Source: Eledone cirrhosa
Taxonomy: Eukaryota
DNA: 64,000 nucleotides
NCBI GenBank assembly: GCA_964016885.1
Contig: OZ024758.1
Location: forward strand, 32,860,001 to 32,924,000
Direction of reading: 5' to 3'
Position 1 is the first letter of the stretch, and each line of letters begins with the position of its first letter. The notes under the pieces are model-generated. The model was given only the letters and a program-made list of their open reading frames with translations. It was not told the DNA's origin and did not search any database. A program made the position numbers and the translations under genes. Below, in pieces: positions 51,280-64,000 of this stretch.

Positions 51280-53440
51280 GGTGCCATGTCATCTCTATCA
51301 TATTCTAACCTTGCTGACTGTTCCTCTATACATGGCTTGTATAGCTCTCACAATTCATTCTTCCACTCCTAGTTTTCTAAGAGCCCACCAGATTAAGGTG
51401 CGTGGGACTCTGTCAAAGGCCTTCTCCAAGTCAACAAAAGCTAGTTAGCTAGGAACTTCTCCTACAATTGCCGTACAAGGAAAAGAGCATCCGTGGTAGT
51501 TTTACCTGGCACAAACCCAAACTGCGTTTCATCTAGATCAATTTGGTCTCAGATCAGTTGAGTAATAACTCTTTCTGTGACTTTCATGATTTGGTCAACT
51601 AATTTAATACCTCTATAGTTTCCTCTATCCAGTGCGTCTCCTTTGCCCTTGTAACAGTTGATGATGATGATGCTACGCCAGTCATCTGGTATGACCTCAT
51701 TCTGTATTACTTGGTTTACTATCCGGGCGACCATAATATGTCCCACCATTCCAGATACCTTCAACATTTCAGCAACTATCCCCGAAGGCCCAGCTGCCTT
51801 GCCTGTCTTCATATTTTTGGTTGCCTTACTTACTATACTACCTTTAACTTGCACGGCTGGTCCATCTATTGGATCGATTTGGGGCAGACTATCTTTTTCC
51901 CATTTATTCTCCTCATTCAGTAGTCTCTCGTAGTGACACTTCCAAGCTACCTTCTTATCACTGTCAGTGAGGGCAAGTACACCATCGTCATTACGGACAC
52001 ATGTCTCCCCGATAATATCACAGTTCACCTTGACACATTGCCTCGCAATCCTGAATATCTCACGTCTTTGGTCCTCCCGTTGTAGAATATGCTTGAACTT
52101 ACTATCCTCTGCTTCCCTCTTTGCAAGGTATACTTGTTATCTAGCTTCTCTCCTAGCTACACGATAGTGTTCTCTACTACCCCCGTCCTGCCATTCTTTC
52201 CACGCCTGCTTTTTGCCCTTGCTGGACTCCTCCACCTTACTGTTCCGCCACCATGTCACTCTCCTCCTGCTTGAAGGTCTGCTCCAGCCACAGATTTCAT
52301 CTGTCGCCTTCAGCAGGTTAACTTTCAGGAATTCCCACTGTTCCTCTATATTCTATGACTCTAATTGCTCTTCCTTACTATCAAAAGCATCAAGTAATAT
52401 GCCTTTGAATTTTTTACTGGCTGTGGGGTCCTTCAACTTCCATAATCTTCTCCTTAAGGTATTCCTCTGCTGGCAATTACCTCTGGCCCTGACTATGAGG
52501 TCACTTACTATTAAATTATGTTGGGAGGTGCATTCTTCGGGAGGGAGGGACTTAGTGTTCAAAACAGATACTTTGTCTCATTTCCTAGTAAGAATAAAGT
52601 CTATCTGGCTGGTGTGCTCCCCTGATCTATAAGTGATCAAATGACTGTCATGTTTTTTGTGTTGCAGACAGTCAGGTCATTTGCACCACAGAATTCCAGG
52701 ATCCTGAAACCGTCCTCATTTCTAGTACCAAACCCATAACCTCCATGGACACGATCATAACCATCACAATGTTGTCCAACATGACCATTAAAGTCGCCAG
52801 CAATAATTATAGAGTCACTGTTAGGTATCTGGGAGGAAGTGAGTATTAGAGACTCATAGAACCTGTCTTTAGTAACGTCAGGTAATCCAGATTGGGGTGC
52901 ATAAGCAGAAATAATAGATAGTTGTCCTATTTAGTACTAATCTTATTTTAAGTATCCTGTCATTCACAGTATCTACGGCAATTACCTTGTCTACCCATTT
53001 TTCTGCTAACATAATTCAAACACCACCCATCCAGGAAAGATTATAGCATTGTTTCCTCCCCACAATGAATCTAGTAGACCCACCCCTCCACCTGGTCTCT
53101 TGAACACAACAAACATCGACTTCCTTACGTTCAAGCATCTCTACAACCTGTTTGAGTGACCTTTCAATGTGCCTACATGCATGGTACCAATTCTGAAAGT
53201 TTGGATTTTGCTGGGGGTGGGGGTGGAATGAGGGCACAGCAAGGGTGTGGGGGATGGAATTATGTTGGTGTTGTGCTTCCATATCTGATATGATAGGAGT
53301 GCGGGAGATGGAATTATGTTGGTCTTGGGCTTCCATATCATATATGATGAGAAGCGTTTGCATGCTCATCCTGAAACAGGAGGTGAATTCATCTTTACCG
53401 TTGTGAGTGGTAACATTCCCCAACTCTGTAATCCATTTAT
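51280..53440 (-). pseudogene. Decayed RTE LINE 5' half: AP-like endonuclease plus N-terminal RT
   Basis: FRIGTMHVGTL, DVCCVQETRW, SAYAP, GDFNGHVG, SQHNLIV, KGKGDALDRGNYRGIKL, QFGFVPGK, DLEKAFDRVP; multiple stops and frameshifts. Confidence 0.92.
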
Positions 53441-53930
53441 CATAGCGAACACCTAGGTCTAAGAAGTATCGGCTTTTTGAGAGAGATTAGCATTAGAAGC
53501 TTTATAAAACGGCTGAGTTTTCATTGGCCCAATAATTGTGGTGGTGAGTGGGGGCAGGAGGGAAAAGGTAACTTCGGAAGATGGACATACTTAACCAACC
53601 TCTGTGAAATTCTTAATTCTAGCTTCTATTTCTAGATGGATACAAACAGGAAATATATTTTTAAATGTCTACATTACAGTATTGCAAAATCCAATAAACA
53701 ACTAAAGCAAATGAAGGACATGAGGAGATTTTGTCTCATGATCTGAGCATGACTTTATATATATATATATATATATATATGGAACAAAGGAAGTGTGGTA
53801 AGGAACCAGGTGGACCATAACGTACCAGAGTACTCAATACTTTGGGTAGTAGAGTGGGTAATAGGAAAAGAGTCAGAACAGGGGTTCTGACTCTTTTCCT
53901 CTATATATATGCATGTATATGTATATATAT

Positions 53931-55500
53931 AATGGTAAGGCTGCAGGACCATCGGGAATAGTTGCTGAGATGCTGAAGGCATCAGGGGATGTAGGCACTA
54001 AACTGGTTGCACGCATCATCAATCAGGCTATATATGGTGGTGTCATACTCAAAGACTGGTGCAGCATTCTCATAAATTGCTACAAAGGTAAAGGGGATGC
54101 TCTGGAGAGGAGCAATTATAGGGGCATAAAGCTGATGGATCAGTTTATGAAAGTGGCAGAGAGAATATTAGCACAACTAATTAGAGAAAGGGTCAAACTA
54201 GATGAGATGCAGTTTGATTTTGTGCCTGGGAAGAGTACAACAGATGCCCTCTTCTTGGTGAGACAATTGCAGGAGAGGTTCTTAGAGAAAAATAAGCCAC
54301 TATACTTAGCCTTTGTTGACCTAGAGAAGGCCTTTGATAGGGTACCCCGATCTGTCATCTGCTGGTGCCTAAGGAAACTAGGTGTAGAGGAATGGCTTGT
54401 GAGGACAGTGCAAGCTATGTACAGAGGTGCTGTCAATAAAGTGAGAGTAGGACTGGAGTTTAGTGAGGAATTCCAGATACAAGTAGGAGTACATCAGGGT
54501 TCAGTCCTCAGCCTGTTCTTGTTCATTATAGACCTCCAAGCCATAACAGAGGAGTTTAAGACTGGATGCCCATGGAAACTTCTCTATGCTGACATTCTGG
54601 TTCTTATAGCAGAATCAGTAGAGGAGCTAGAGAATAAATTCTAGCTATGGAAACAGCAGTGGGAATCAAAAGGACTGAGAGTGAACCTAGCTAAGACAAA
54701 AGTGTTGATAAGTAGAAGATAGAACAATACTCTGATTCCATCAGGGAAATGGTCATGTTCGATTTGTAGAAAAGGAAATGGCATAAATTCCATAAAATGT
54801 ACGCAATGAAGATCTTGGGTACACAAGAGATGTAGTGGGATAGCAGGCAAACTAACAGGTAGGGAAAACTATGTATGCAGTAGATGTACAGGGAAAGTTG
54901 GCAGTAGTAATCGTAGTGATAGACACATTTTTCCAATGCAGGTAGGTCCTATAGAAGTGGTTGATAGCTTCCAGTACCTAGGTGATCAGATTAGCATGGG
55001 GAGGGGGGGTTCCAAAGCCATAGTATCTAGAATAAGGACAGGCTGGAAGAAGTTTAGGGAGCTGCTTACTCTGTTGACAAAGAAGGGTTTCTCCCTATGT
55101 ACGAAAGACCGGTTATATGATGCCTGTGTGAGATGCGCGATGCTGCATGGTAGTGAGACATGGGCAACAACTGCAGAGGATATGCAACTGCTGGAGAGAA
55201 ATGAAGCAAGCACGCTCCATTAGATATGCAATGTTAATGTGCGTCATTGACCAAGCATTGATGAGTTGAGAAAGAAACTGTGTATAAGAGGGATAAGTTG
55301 TGGCGTGCAGGAGAGAAGGCTGGGATGGTATGGACATGTGATGCACATGGAGGTTGACCGTTGGGTAAAGAAGTGCCAAGAAATCCCAGTAGAAGGAACA
55401 CATATTAGAAGACCACATAAAACATGGGCGGAGGTGGTGAGAGCAGACCTCAGATCTCTGAAACTCACGGTGGAGATGACAAAGGACCGTGTAGAGCAGT
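53931..55500 (+). pseudogene. Decayed RTE LINE: RT domain, Cys-rich insert and C-terminus
   Basis: FVDLEKAFDRVP, GVHQGSVLS, LLYADIL (YADD variant), FQYLG, MLHGSETW, RRLGWYGHV; in-frame stops. Confidence 0.92.
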
Positions 55501-55514
55501 GATACCAGGTCCAC

Positions 55515-55795
55515 TATCTTGGGAGCCTCTAAAAAGTCAGCTCAAAAGTGACACAGAGGAGACTGAGGTTAGCTGGACATGCTCACCGACATCCAGCGTT
55601 TACACTGCACTCAGTGTTCCTGTGGGAGCCCCTGCATGGAAACACTGGAAAAGGAAGACCAAAGTTAACATATGTTGATGCTCTCAGGACAGACACTGGT
55701 CTGTTGGAGATGCAGGACATGACAGCGACAATGAGGGACAGAAACCGCTGGAGAGAACTCGTCCATGGATCTTGGGAATTTTACCCACCCGAGAT
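55515..55795 (+). mobile_element. 3' end of a second RTE lineage (same as 41590-41862) abutting the previous element
   Basis: TQRRLRLAGHAHRHP...RELVHGSWEFYPP, nearly identical to the end of the 41287-41862 ORF; followed by (GATA)/(TA)n. Confidence 0.9.
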
Positions 55796-55801
55796 AGATA
55801 G

Positions 55802-55840
<39 letters not shown>

Positions 55841-55846
<6 letters not shown>

Positions 55847-56106
55847 TGTAATAAACAACATAAGATAATTATTTCATTTACCAGTGGTTTCTTGAAAGCA
55901 AACAAGATTTGCTTTCAGTCATCAGAATGAAAAAATCCTGGTGTATTTATTGACAGTGGATTTTAAATTGACAGGGTTTTTAAAATCCACTGTCAATAAA
56001 TACACCAGGATTTTTTTCATTCTGATGACTGAAAGCAAATTTTGTTTGCCTTCAAGAAACCAATGGTAAATGAAATAATTATCTTATGTTGTTTATTACA
56101 TAACTA
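55841..56106. repeat. Near-perfect palindrome with 127/128-bp arms and an 11-nt loop
   Basis: Arms 55841-55967 and 55979-56106 differ by 3 substitutions and a 1-nt indel by my reading. Confidence 0.92.
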
Positions 56107-56422
56107 TTAAGCTCTGTAACCTACATAGATCACTCTTTTTTCCTGGACCTTTCCGACGGAATTACTTCATTCACACACACATACACATATATATATATAT
56201 ATAAATACATATATAGATACACACATATATATATATACATATATATATACACATATATATATGTATATATATGTGTATATATATATATATGGGTATCTAT
56301 AGATGTATATATATATATATATATATATAAGTGTATACATATATATATATATATATAAGTGTATACATATATATATATATATAAGTGTATATATATATAT
56401 ATAAGTGTATATATATATATAA

Positions 56423-56523
<101 letters not shown>

Positions 56524-56669
56524 CATATATATATACATATATACATATATATATATTAAGAAATAAACCAAAGAAGCCTTCAATACATCAAAAGTCTTTA
56601 TTAGCCAACAATGTTATATATATATATATATATATATATATTTACATATTTACATTTACATATTTACAT

Positions 56670-56703
<34 letters not shown>

Positions 56704-56883
56704 ATATATATACACATATATATATATACATATACACATATATATATACACACATATATATATACATATACACATATATATATATACACATATATATATA
56801 TACACATATATATATATACACATATATATATATACACATATATATATACACACATATATATACACATATATATATATACACAC

Positions 56884-56916
<33 letters not shown>

Positions 56917-57158
56917 TATATACATATATACACATATATATATATACACATATATATATACACACATATATATACACATATATATATATACACACATATA
57001 TATATACACATATACACATATATATATACACATATATATATACACACATATATATACACACATATATATACACATATATATATATACACACATATATATA
57101 TACACATATATATATATACACATATATATATATACACATATATATATATATATATATG

Positions 57159-57195
<37 letters not shown>

Positions 57196-57200
57196 GTGTG

Positions 57201-57231
<31 letters not shown>

Positions 57232-57232
57232 G

Positions 57233-57287
<55 letters not shown>

Positions 57288-57300
57288 GTATATATATATA

Positions 57301-57379
<79 letters not shown>

Positions 57380-57384
57380 GTGTG

Positions 57385-57473
<89 letters not shown>

Positions 57474-57532
57474 GTATATATATATATGTATATATATATG
57501 TATATATATATGTATATATATATATGTATATA

Positions 57533-57657
<125 letters not shown>

Positions 57658-57664
57658 GTATATG

Positions 57665-57711
<47 letters not shown>

Positions 57712-57812
57712 GTATATATGTATATATATATATATGTATATATATATATGTATATATATATATATGTATATATATATATGTATATATATATATGTATATA
57801 TATATGTATATA

Positions 57813-57915
<103 letters not shown>

Positions 57916-57922
57916 GTATATG

Positions 57923-57969
<47 letters not shown>

Positions 57970-58044
57970 GTATATATGTATATATATATATATGTATATA
58001 TATATATGTATATATATATATATGTATATATATATATGTATATA

Positions 58045-58153
<109 letters not shown>

Positions 58154-58242
58154 GTATATATATGAACCAGTAAGACCCCGACAGCTGAGCTCAAGCCGTT
58201 TCGACGGCTAATTCTGTAATTATATATATGTATATATATATG

Positions 58243-58350
<108 letters not shown>

Positions 58351-58479
58351 TATATACATATATATATATACATATATATATATACATATATATATACATA
58401 TATATATATACATATATATATATACATATATATATATACATATATATATACATATATATATATACATATATATATATAC

Positions 58480-58528
<49 letters not shown>

Positions 58529-58533
58529 CACAC

Positions 58534-58588
<55 letters not shown>

Positions 58589-58595
58589 CACACAC

Positions 58596-58640
<45 letters not shown>

Positions 58641-58651
58641 TATATATATAT

Positions 58652-58685
<34 letters not shown>

Positions 58686-59154
58686 GCTTTCAGATAAAGA
58701 ATCTTGCTAAACAAATTCAGAAACGAAATATATATATACATATATATGCATATATACATATATATGCATATATACATATATATCCATATATACATATATA
58801 TCCATATATACATATATATACATATATACATATATATACATATATATGCATATATACATATATATGCATATATACATATATATGCATATATATATATATA
58901 TATGCATGCATATATACATATATATGTATATATGCATATATATGCATATATATATATGCATATATACATATATATATATATGCATATATACATATATATA
59001 TATATGCATATATACATATTGCTTTCTAGCAACCAGCCTACTCACCGTAAGCAACTAATCACATTCTTTCTAACATGACCACTGCCACGTCACGATTCTT
59101 AGCCATTTTTAAAATCTATTTCTGGTGGGAAGGCTTTGGAAAATTAACTGTCCC

Positions 59155-59231
59155 ATCTCCTGAGGAGTTCGATACTCGAGATTTATCCTTAATAGGATAT
59201 CTCAAAATACGAACGAAACCATGGTAGAGAT
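59155..59231 (+). ncRNA. Putative type I hammerhead ribozyme
   Basis: Stem I ATCTC/GAGAT; core CTGAGGA; stem II GTTCG/CGAAC with extension hairpin; GAAA; palindromic stem III (A)CCATGG(T); GUA cleavage triplet. Confidence 0.72.
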
Positions 59232-59522
59232 ATAATTACGGTATGTACACATTTCTTCTAACTTTAAATTTATACCTAATTGTGTATGGTTGACGATATA
59301 TTTGGTCGGTTTCTACCTGCTGTTGAAATGTTGCGTCAATACTCTATTGTGGTCAACCGCGAAGAGGCTGCTTTCGGTTATTTATCAAATATTTCTTCAT
59401 AGGAGCCTTTATTCTTATAGCCTGGTCTAATTGATTTTTTATATGGTTAATTATGCTAATTGGGAGAGGAAATTGTATATATTTTATCTAATAATTCTAA
59501 GGACATGATTCATGATATATAT

Positions 59523-59553
<31 letters not shown>

Positions 59554-60008
59554 TATGCATATATATATACATATATACATATATATATATATAGAAAGAT
59601 TTGAATGGATACAGTTTAGTTGAAAGGAATTTATTGACACGTGTTTCTATAACAGTTACATAACCTAAAACAGCTATCTACAAACTTTTAGTTATGCAGA
59701 CATTCAATATTTCAATGTTATTATTTACTGTCATTTCATCAGAATAATATTACTGAGGACCTATTTAGTTTTTATAGAGAATATATATATATATATGCAT
59801 ATATATATACATATATACATATATATATATATATGCATATATATATACATATATATATATATATGCATATATATATACATATATAATATATATATATATA
59901 CATATATACATACATATATACATATATATATATATACATATATACATATTTACATATACATATATATACATATATATACATATACATATATATATTTACA
60001 TATACATA

Positions 60009-60040
<32 letters not shown>

Positions 60041-60084
60041 CAAATATATACATATGTATATATACATATGTAGGTGTATATAGG

Positions 60085-61143
60085 AACTCCATTCTCTGCC
60101 CCAAATGCAAATAATGGGTACACAAGAGATGTAGCGGGATCTCAGGAAGCTTAATTAAGAATGTAGGCTTCACATGCAGCAGCTGTGCTTCATGTAGCAA
60201 ACAGCCACAGGAAACAAGTAGCACCAATCTCTGGGAGGGCTCTGTAGAAACAGTAGACAGCTTCTGCTACCTAGGTGACCGAATTAGCAGCGGAGGTGGG
60301 TGTTCAGAAAGTACAATAACTAGGGTAAGAACGGGATGGAAGAAGTTTAGGGAACTACTACCACTGCTAGCTGCAAAAGGCTTCTCCCTCAGAATGAAAG
60401 GCAGACTGTATGATGCGTGTATATGAACAGCGATGTTCCATGGTAGTGAGACCTGGGCGCTGAAGGTGGAAGACTTATGTAGATTAGAGAGAAACGAAGC
60501 CTGCATGCTCCGATGGATGTGTAACAGTAATATACGTGAACGACAAAGCATAAATGAATTGAGAGAGAGACTGAGCATAAGAGGAATCAAATGCTGTGTG
60601 CAGGAGAGGCGGTTGCGCTGGTATGGACATGTGATGCGTATGAAGGATGACAGCTGCATAAAAAGGTGCAGAGCACTAGAAGTCGATGGAAACCGTGGAG
60701 TGGGGAGACCCAAGATGACCTGGGATGAGGTGATAAAAGCCGACCTTACCCAATTACACCTCTCAAAGGCAATGACACACGACCGTGACTTCTGGCGTCA
60801 CGCAGTAATACAGAGTACCCGACCTCCCATGGGTACAAGCTGAAGCATATAGACAATATGCCCCCACACCCCCCACTGCAAGGTGGTCGTGGAGGTGCCA
60901 CGGCAAAAAGCACCCAGCCCACACTGTAAAGTGGACGTGTAGGCAACACGAAAAAGCACCCAGCACTCACTGTAAATGAGGTTGGTGTTAGGAAGGGCAT
61001 CCAGCTGTAGAAATCAAGCCAAATCAGTTCCTGTATGAGCAAGGCATGGTCAGCCGACCAGACACCGCCCACAACAGGACAACCTGTCTAACCCATGCTA
61101 GCATGGAAGAAGGGACGTAAAACGGTGATGATGATGATGATGA
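60085..61143 (+). pseudogene. 5'-truncated RTE LINE (Cys-rich insert, C-terminus, 3'UTR, (GAT)n tail) inserted in (TA)n
   Basis: [17 protein letters not shown]...TCSSC, FCYLG, MFHGSETW, RRLRWYGHVMRM, GRPKMTW. Confidence 0.92.
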
Positions 61144-61197
61144 TATATACATATATATATACATATATATATACATATATATATATACATATACATA

Positions 61198-61229
<32 letters not shown>

Positions 61230-61230
61230 C

Positions 61231-61322
<92 letters not shown>

Positions 61323-61328
61323 ATATAC

Positions 61329-61378
<50 letters not shown>

Positions 61379-61404
61379 ATATATACATATATATATACAT
61401 ATAC

Positions 61405-61437
<33 letters not shown>

Positions 61438-61460
61438 CATATATACATATACATATATAC

Positions 61461-61511
<51 letters not shown>

Positions 61512-61756
61512 TATATACATATATACATATATACATATATATATACATATACATATATACATATATATATATATACATATACATATATATATATACATAT
61601 ATATATATATACATATATATATACATATACATATATATATATACATATACATATACATATACATATATATATACATATATATATATATACATATATATAT
61701 ACATATATATATATATACATATATATATACATATATATATATATACATATATATAT

Positions 61757-61829
<73 letters not shown>

Positions 61830-61874
61830 CATATATATATACATATATATACATATATATACATATATATACAT

Positions 61875-62205
61875 GATCATCATCATCATTTTACATCCGC
61901 TTTTCCCTGCTTGCAAGGGTGGGACGGGTCCTATCCACCACAGCATCTCTCCACTTGTCACGGTCCTTCGTCATCTCCACCGTGAGCTTCAGCGATCTGA
62001 GGGCTGTTCTCACCACCTCTGCCCATGATTTTTGTGTTCTACCTCTATCTACCTCTACCACGTCTTCCTTCAACTTGTATTTTTTGCAACTTCTTCACCC
62101 ATCGCTCATCCTCCATGCGCATCACATGTCTATACCTTCGCAGTCTCCTCTCCTGCACGCTACAATTTATCCCTCTCAGACACAGTTTCTCTCTCAACAC
62201 ATCCA
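61875..62205 (-). mobile_element. RTE 3' fragment (lineage related to 55260-55500)
   Basis: [28 protein letters not shown]...[25 protein letters not shown]; (CAT)n end. Confidence 0.85.
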
Positions 62206-62224
62206 TGTATATATGTATATATAC

Positions 62225-62262
<38 letters not shown>

Positions 62263-62305
62263 GTATATATATATATATATATATATACATACATATACAT
62301 ATATA

Positions 62306-62659
62306 TGGAGGCACATGGCTTAGTGGTTAGAGCATTCGCCTTGCAATCGAAAGGTTGTGAGTTCAATTCTCAGATCGGGTGATGTGTTATTTCCTTGAAC
62401 AAGTAACCTTTCGATTGCAAGCCCAATGCTCTAACCACTAAGCCATGTGCCTCCATCTATTTTTTTTTTTTCATTTACGTCCGCTTTTTCTGCTTGCAAG
62501 GGTGGGACGGGAACTGATTCTAGCTTGATTTCTACAGCTGGATGTCCTTCCTAACCCCAACCTCATTTACAGTGAGTGCTGGGTCCTTTTTTGCCGTGGC
62601 ACCTCCATGACCACTCAATTGCAAGGCCAATGTTCTAACCACTAAGCCATGTGCCTCCA
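62306..62659. mobile_element. Rearranged SINE-B mosaic (head +, head -, tail -, head -)
   Basis: GGAGGCACATGGCTTAGTGGTTAGAGCATT at 62306. Its complement AATG(C/T)TCTAACCACTAAGCCATGTGCCTCC occurs at ~62425-62454 and ~62629-62658. Confidence 0.8.
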
Positions 62660-63207
62660 TATATATATATTCAATGACTGATAAGTATTTCAAAAAGCTG
62701 GTACAATGCCGTAGAAATATGCAAAAGTTAAAGGATGACAAAACAAAACAATGTTTTACCCAGAATATTTCAACATTGAAATGTAAGAAACAGTAATTTA
62801 AAAACGTTTGAAAATATGTAAAATGCCTTTACTTTTGATCAAACATAAACATAGCAAAGTCTGCCTTACAAAGACAGACTACTTCCATTGTTTCTTTCAT
62901 CACCATCATCATCATTTTTACAACCACTTTCCACATCGGTATGGGTTGGACAGGTTGTCACAGTTTGAGACCAGATGAATTGAAGTAACCAATCTTACAT
63001 GTTATTATGCTCCCTATATGGCCAGGTTTCTATAACTGGATGCCTTTTCCTAACACCAACCACCTTATAGAGTGAACTGGATGCATTTTCATGTCACACC
63101 AGCACTACTACTTTACAGAGTAGATTGGCTACATTTTATTCTAATTTAACCATTATTCTAATTTAACCAATAAATATTCAAATATCAAATGTAGTGTGAG
63201 TACAAAC

Positions 63208-63523
63208 ACAATGTACCCCAGGTATTCGCAGTCCCAGTTATTCATAGAATTTTCCTTAGAATCTACCGCATATCCGCGGAATTATAAATATCTTCCATGA
63301 TTTTTTTAATGGCTTTTTTCGTAGCAATATATATTTTTTTAACACTCAACTATTAATAACAATATACGGTATTTGCCAGCCTATATTTTATGTTATGTTT
63401 TGATGTTTATAGGCATTTTTATGGACCATGTCCAATATTCATGGTTTTTCACTCTTTCTGGGTGCTCTAGGAGTGTAACCCCCCCCCCCACACACACACA
63501 CACAAATACCAGGGGACAACTAT
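63208..63523. mobile_element. Possible degenerate Tigger/pogo-like MITE
   Basis: Imperfect inverted termini TGTACCCCAGGTATTCG / CAAATACCAGGGGACAACTA resemble Tigger/MER2-type CAGT.GTCCCTCGGTAT ends. Confidence 0.35.
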
Positions 63524-63867
63524 ATAGCAGAAATGAAAAAAGGATAAAATAAAACTAAACTAACTGAAATTGATCCATGCCATAACAAAGATATTGGTCG
63601 ATAAAAATAAGAAAGAAAAAACAATTTAGAAATAATTAGCACCATCTTATCTAGGAGAAATTTATAAATGTTCTTATGGTTTCTACCGCTGATGTTCTTT
63701 CTCTACAAGAGAACACCAAATACATTATATGTTTTTTACAAGAAACAATAGTTAGTAAATTTTCTTATACAGTTCCTCCCAGCATATTCTTCCAATGAAG
63801 AATTGTCAATATGTTTATATGTGATTAGAGAGATGAACATAAGAATCAAAAGAGACGAAAATAAGAA

Positions 63868-63957
63868 CAGAGAGAGAGGGAGAGCGAGAGAAAGAGAGAT
63901 GGGGAAAGAGAGAGAGAAAGAGAGAGATGGGAAAAGAGAGAGAGAGAGAGAGATGGG

Positions 63958-63998
<41 letters not shown>

Positions 63999-64000
63999 GG
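63868..64000. repeat. (GA)n purine-rich repeat
   Basis: Direct reading. Confidence 0.9.

Noticed and set aside
53913-54644. Active reverse transcriptase gene
   Set aside because: The start lies in a TA microsatellite, the catalytic YADD reads YADI, and in-frame stops follow; it is a decayed copy.
56018-56062. CTGATGA-CT-GAAA hammerhead-like motif in the palindrome arm
   Set aside because: Only 2 nt lie between the core boxes (no stem II) and there is no convincing stem I.

Overview
AT-rich, repeat-dominated eukaryotic (animal) DNA. The tRNA-derived SINE families, RTE-clade LINEs and very long (TA)n tracts resemble a coleoid cephalopod (Octopus-like) genome; this is an inference from repeat style. 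I recognise no host protein-coding gene. Nearly all long ORFs in the track are translations of tandem repeats, and the rest are decayed retroelement ORFs. The window holds six large minisatellite arrays (23, 54, ~60-72, 23, 22/23 and 48 bp units), more than 20 SINE copies, RTE-type LINE fragments from at least three lineages, a Penelope-like GIY-YIG fragment missed by the ORF track, a non-autonomous Helitron, piggyBac-like and TcMar-like MITEs, and several fold-back structures. Most notable: (i) an intact-looking type I hammerhead ribozyme at 59155-59231; (ii) a PHD-type zinc finger inserted in-frame within the RT region of an RTE lineage, seen in two copies; (iii) an RTE insertion with a twin-priming-type 5' inversion; (iv) minisatellites born inside a MITE and inside a LINE 3'UTR; (v) a TSD-flanked SINE-LINE chimera; (vi) a near-perfect palindrome with 127-bp arms. 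Two candidate minus-strand exons (28.6-30.0 kb) are low confidence. All coordinates and alignments were read by eye.
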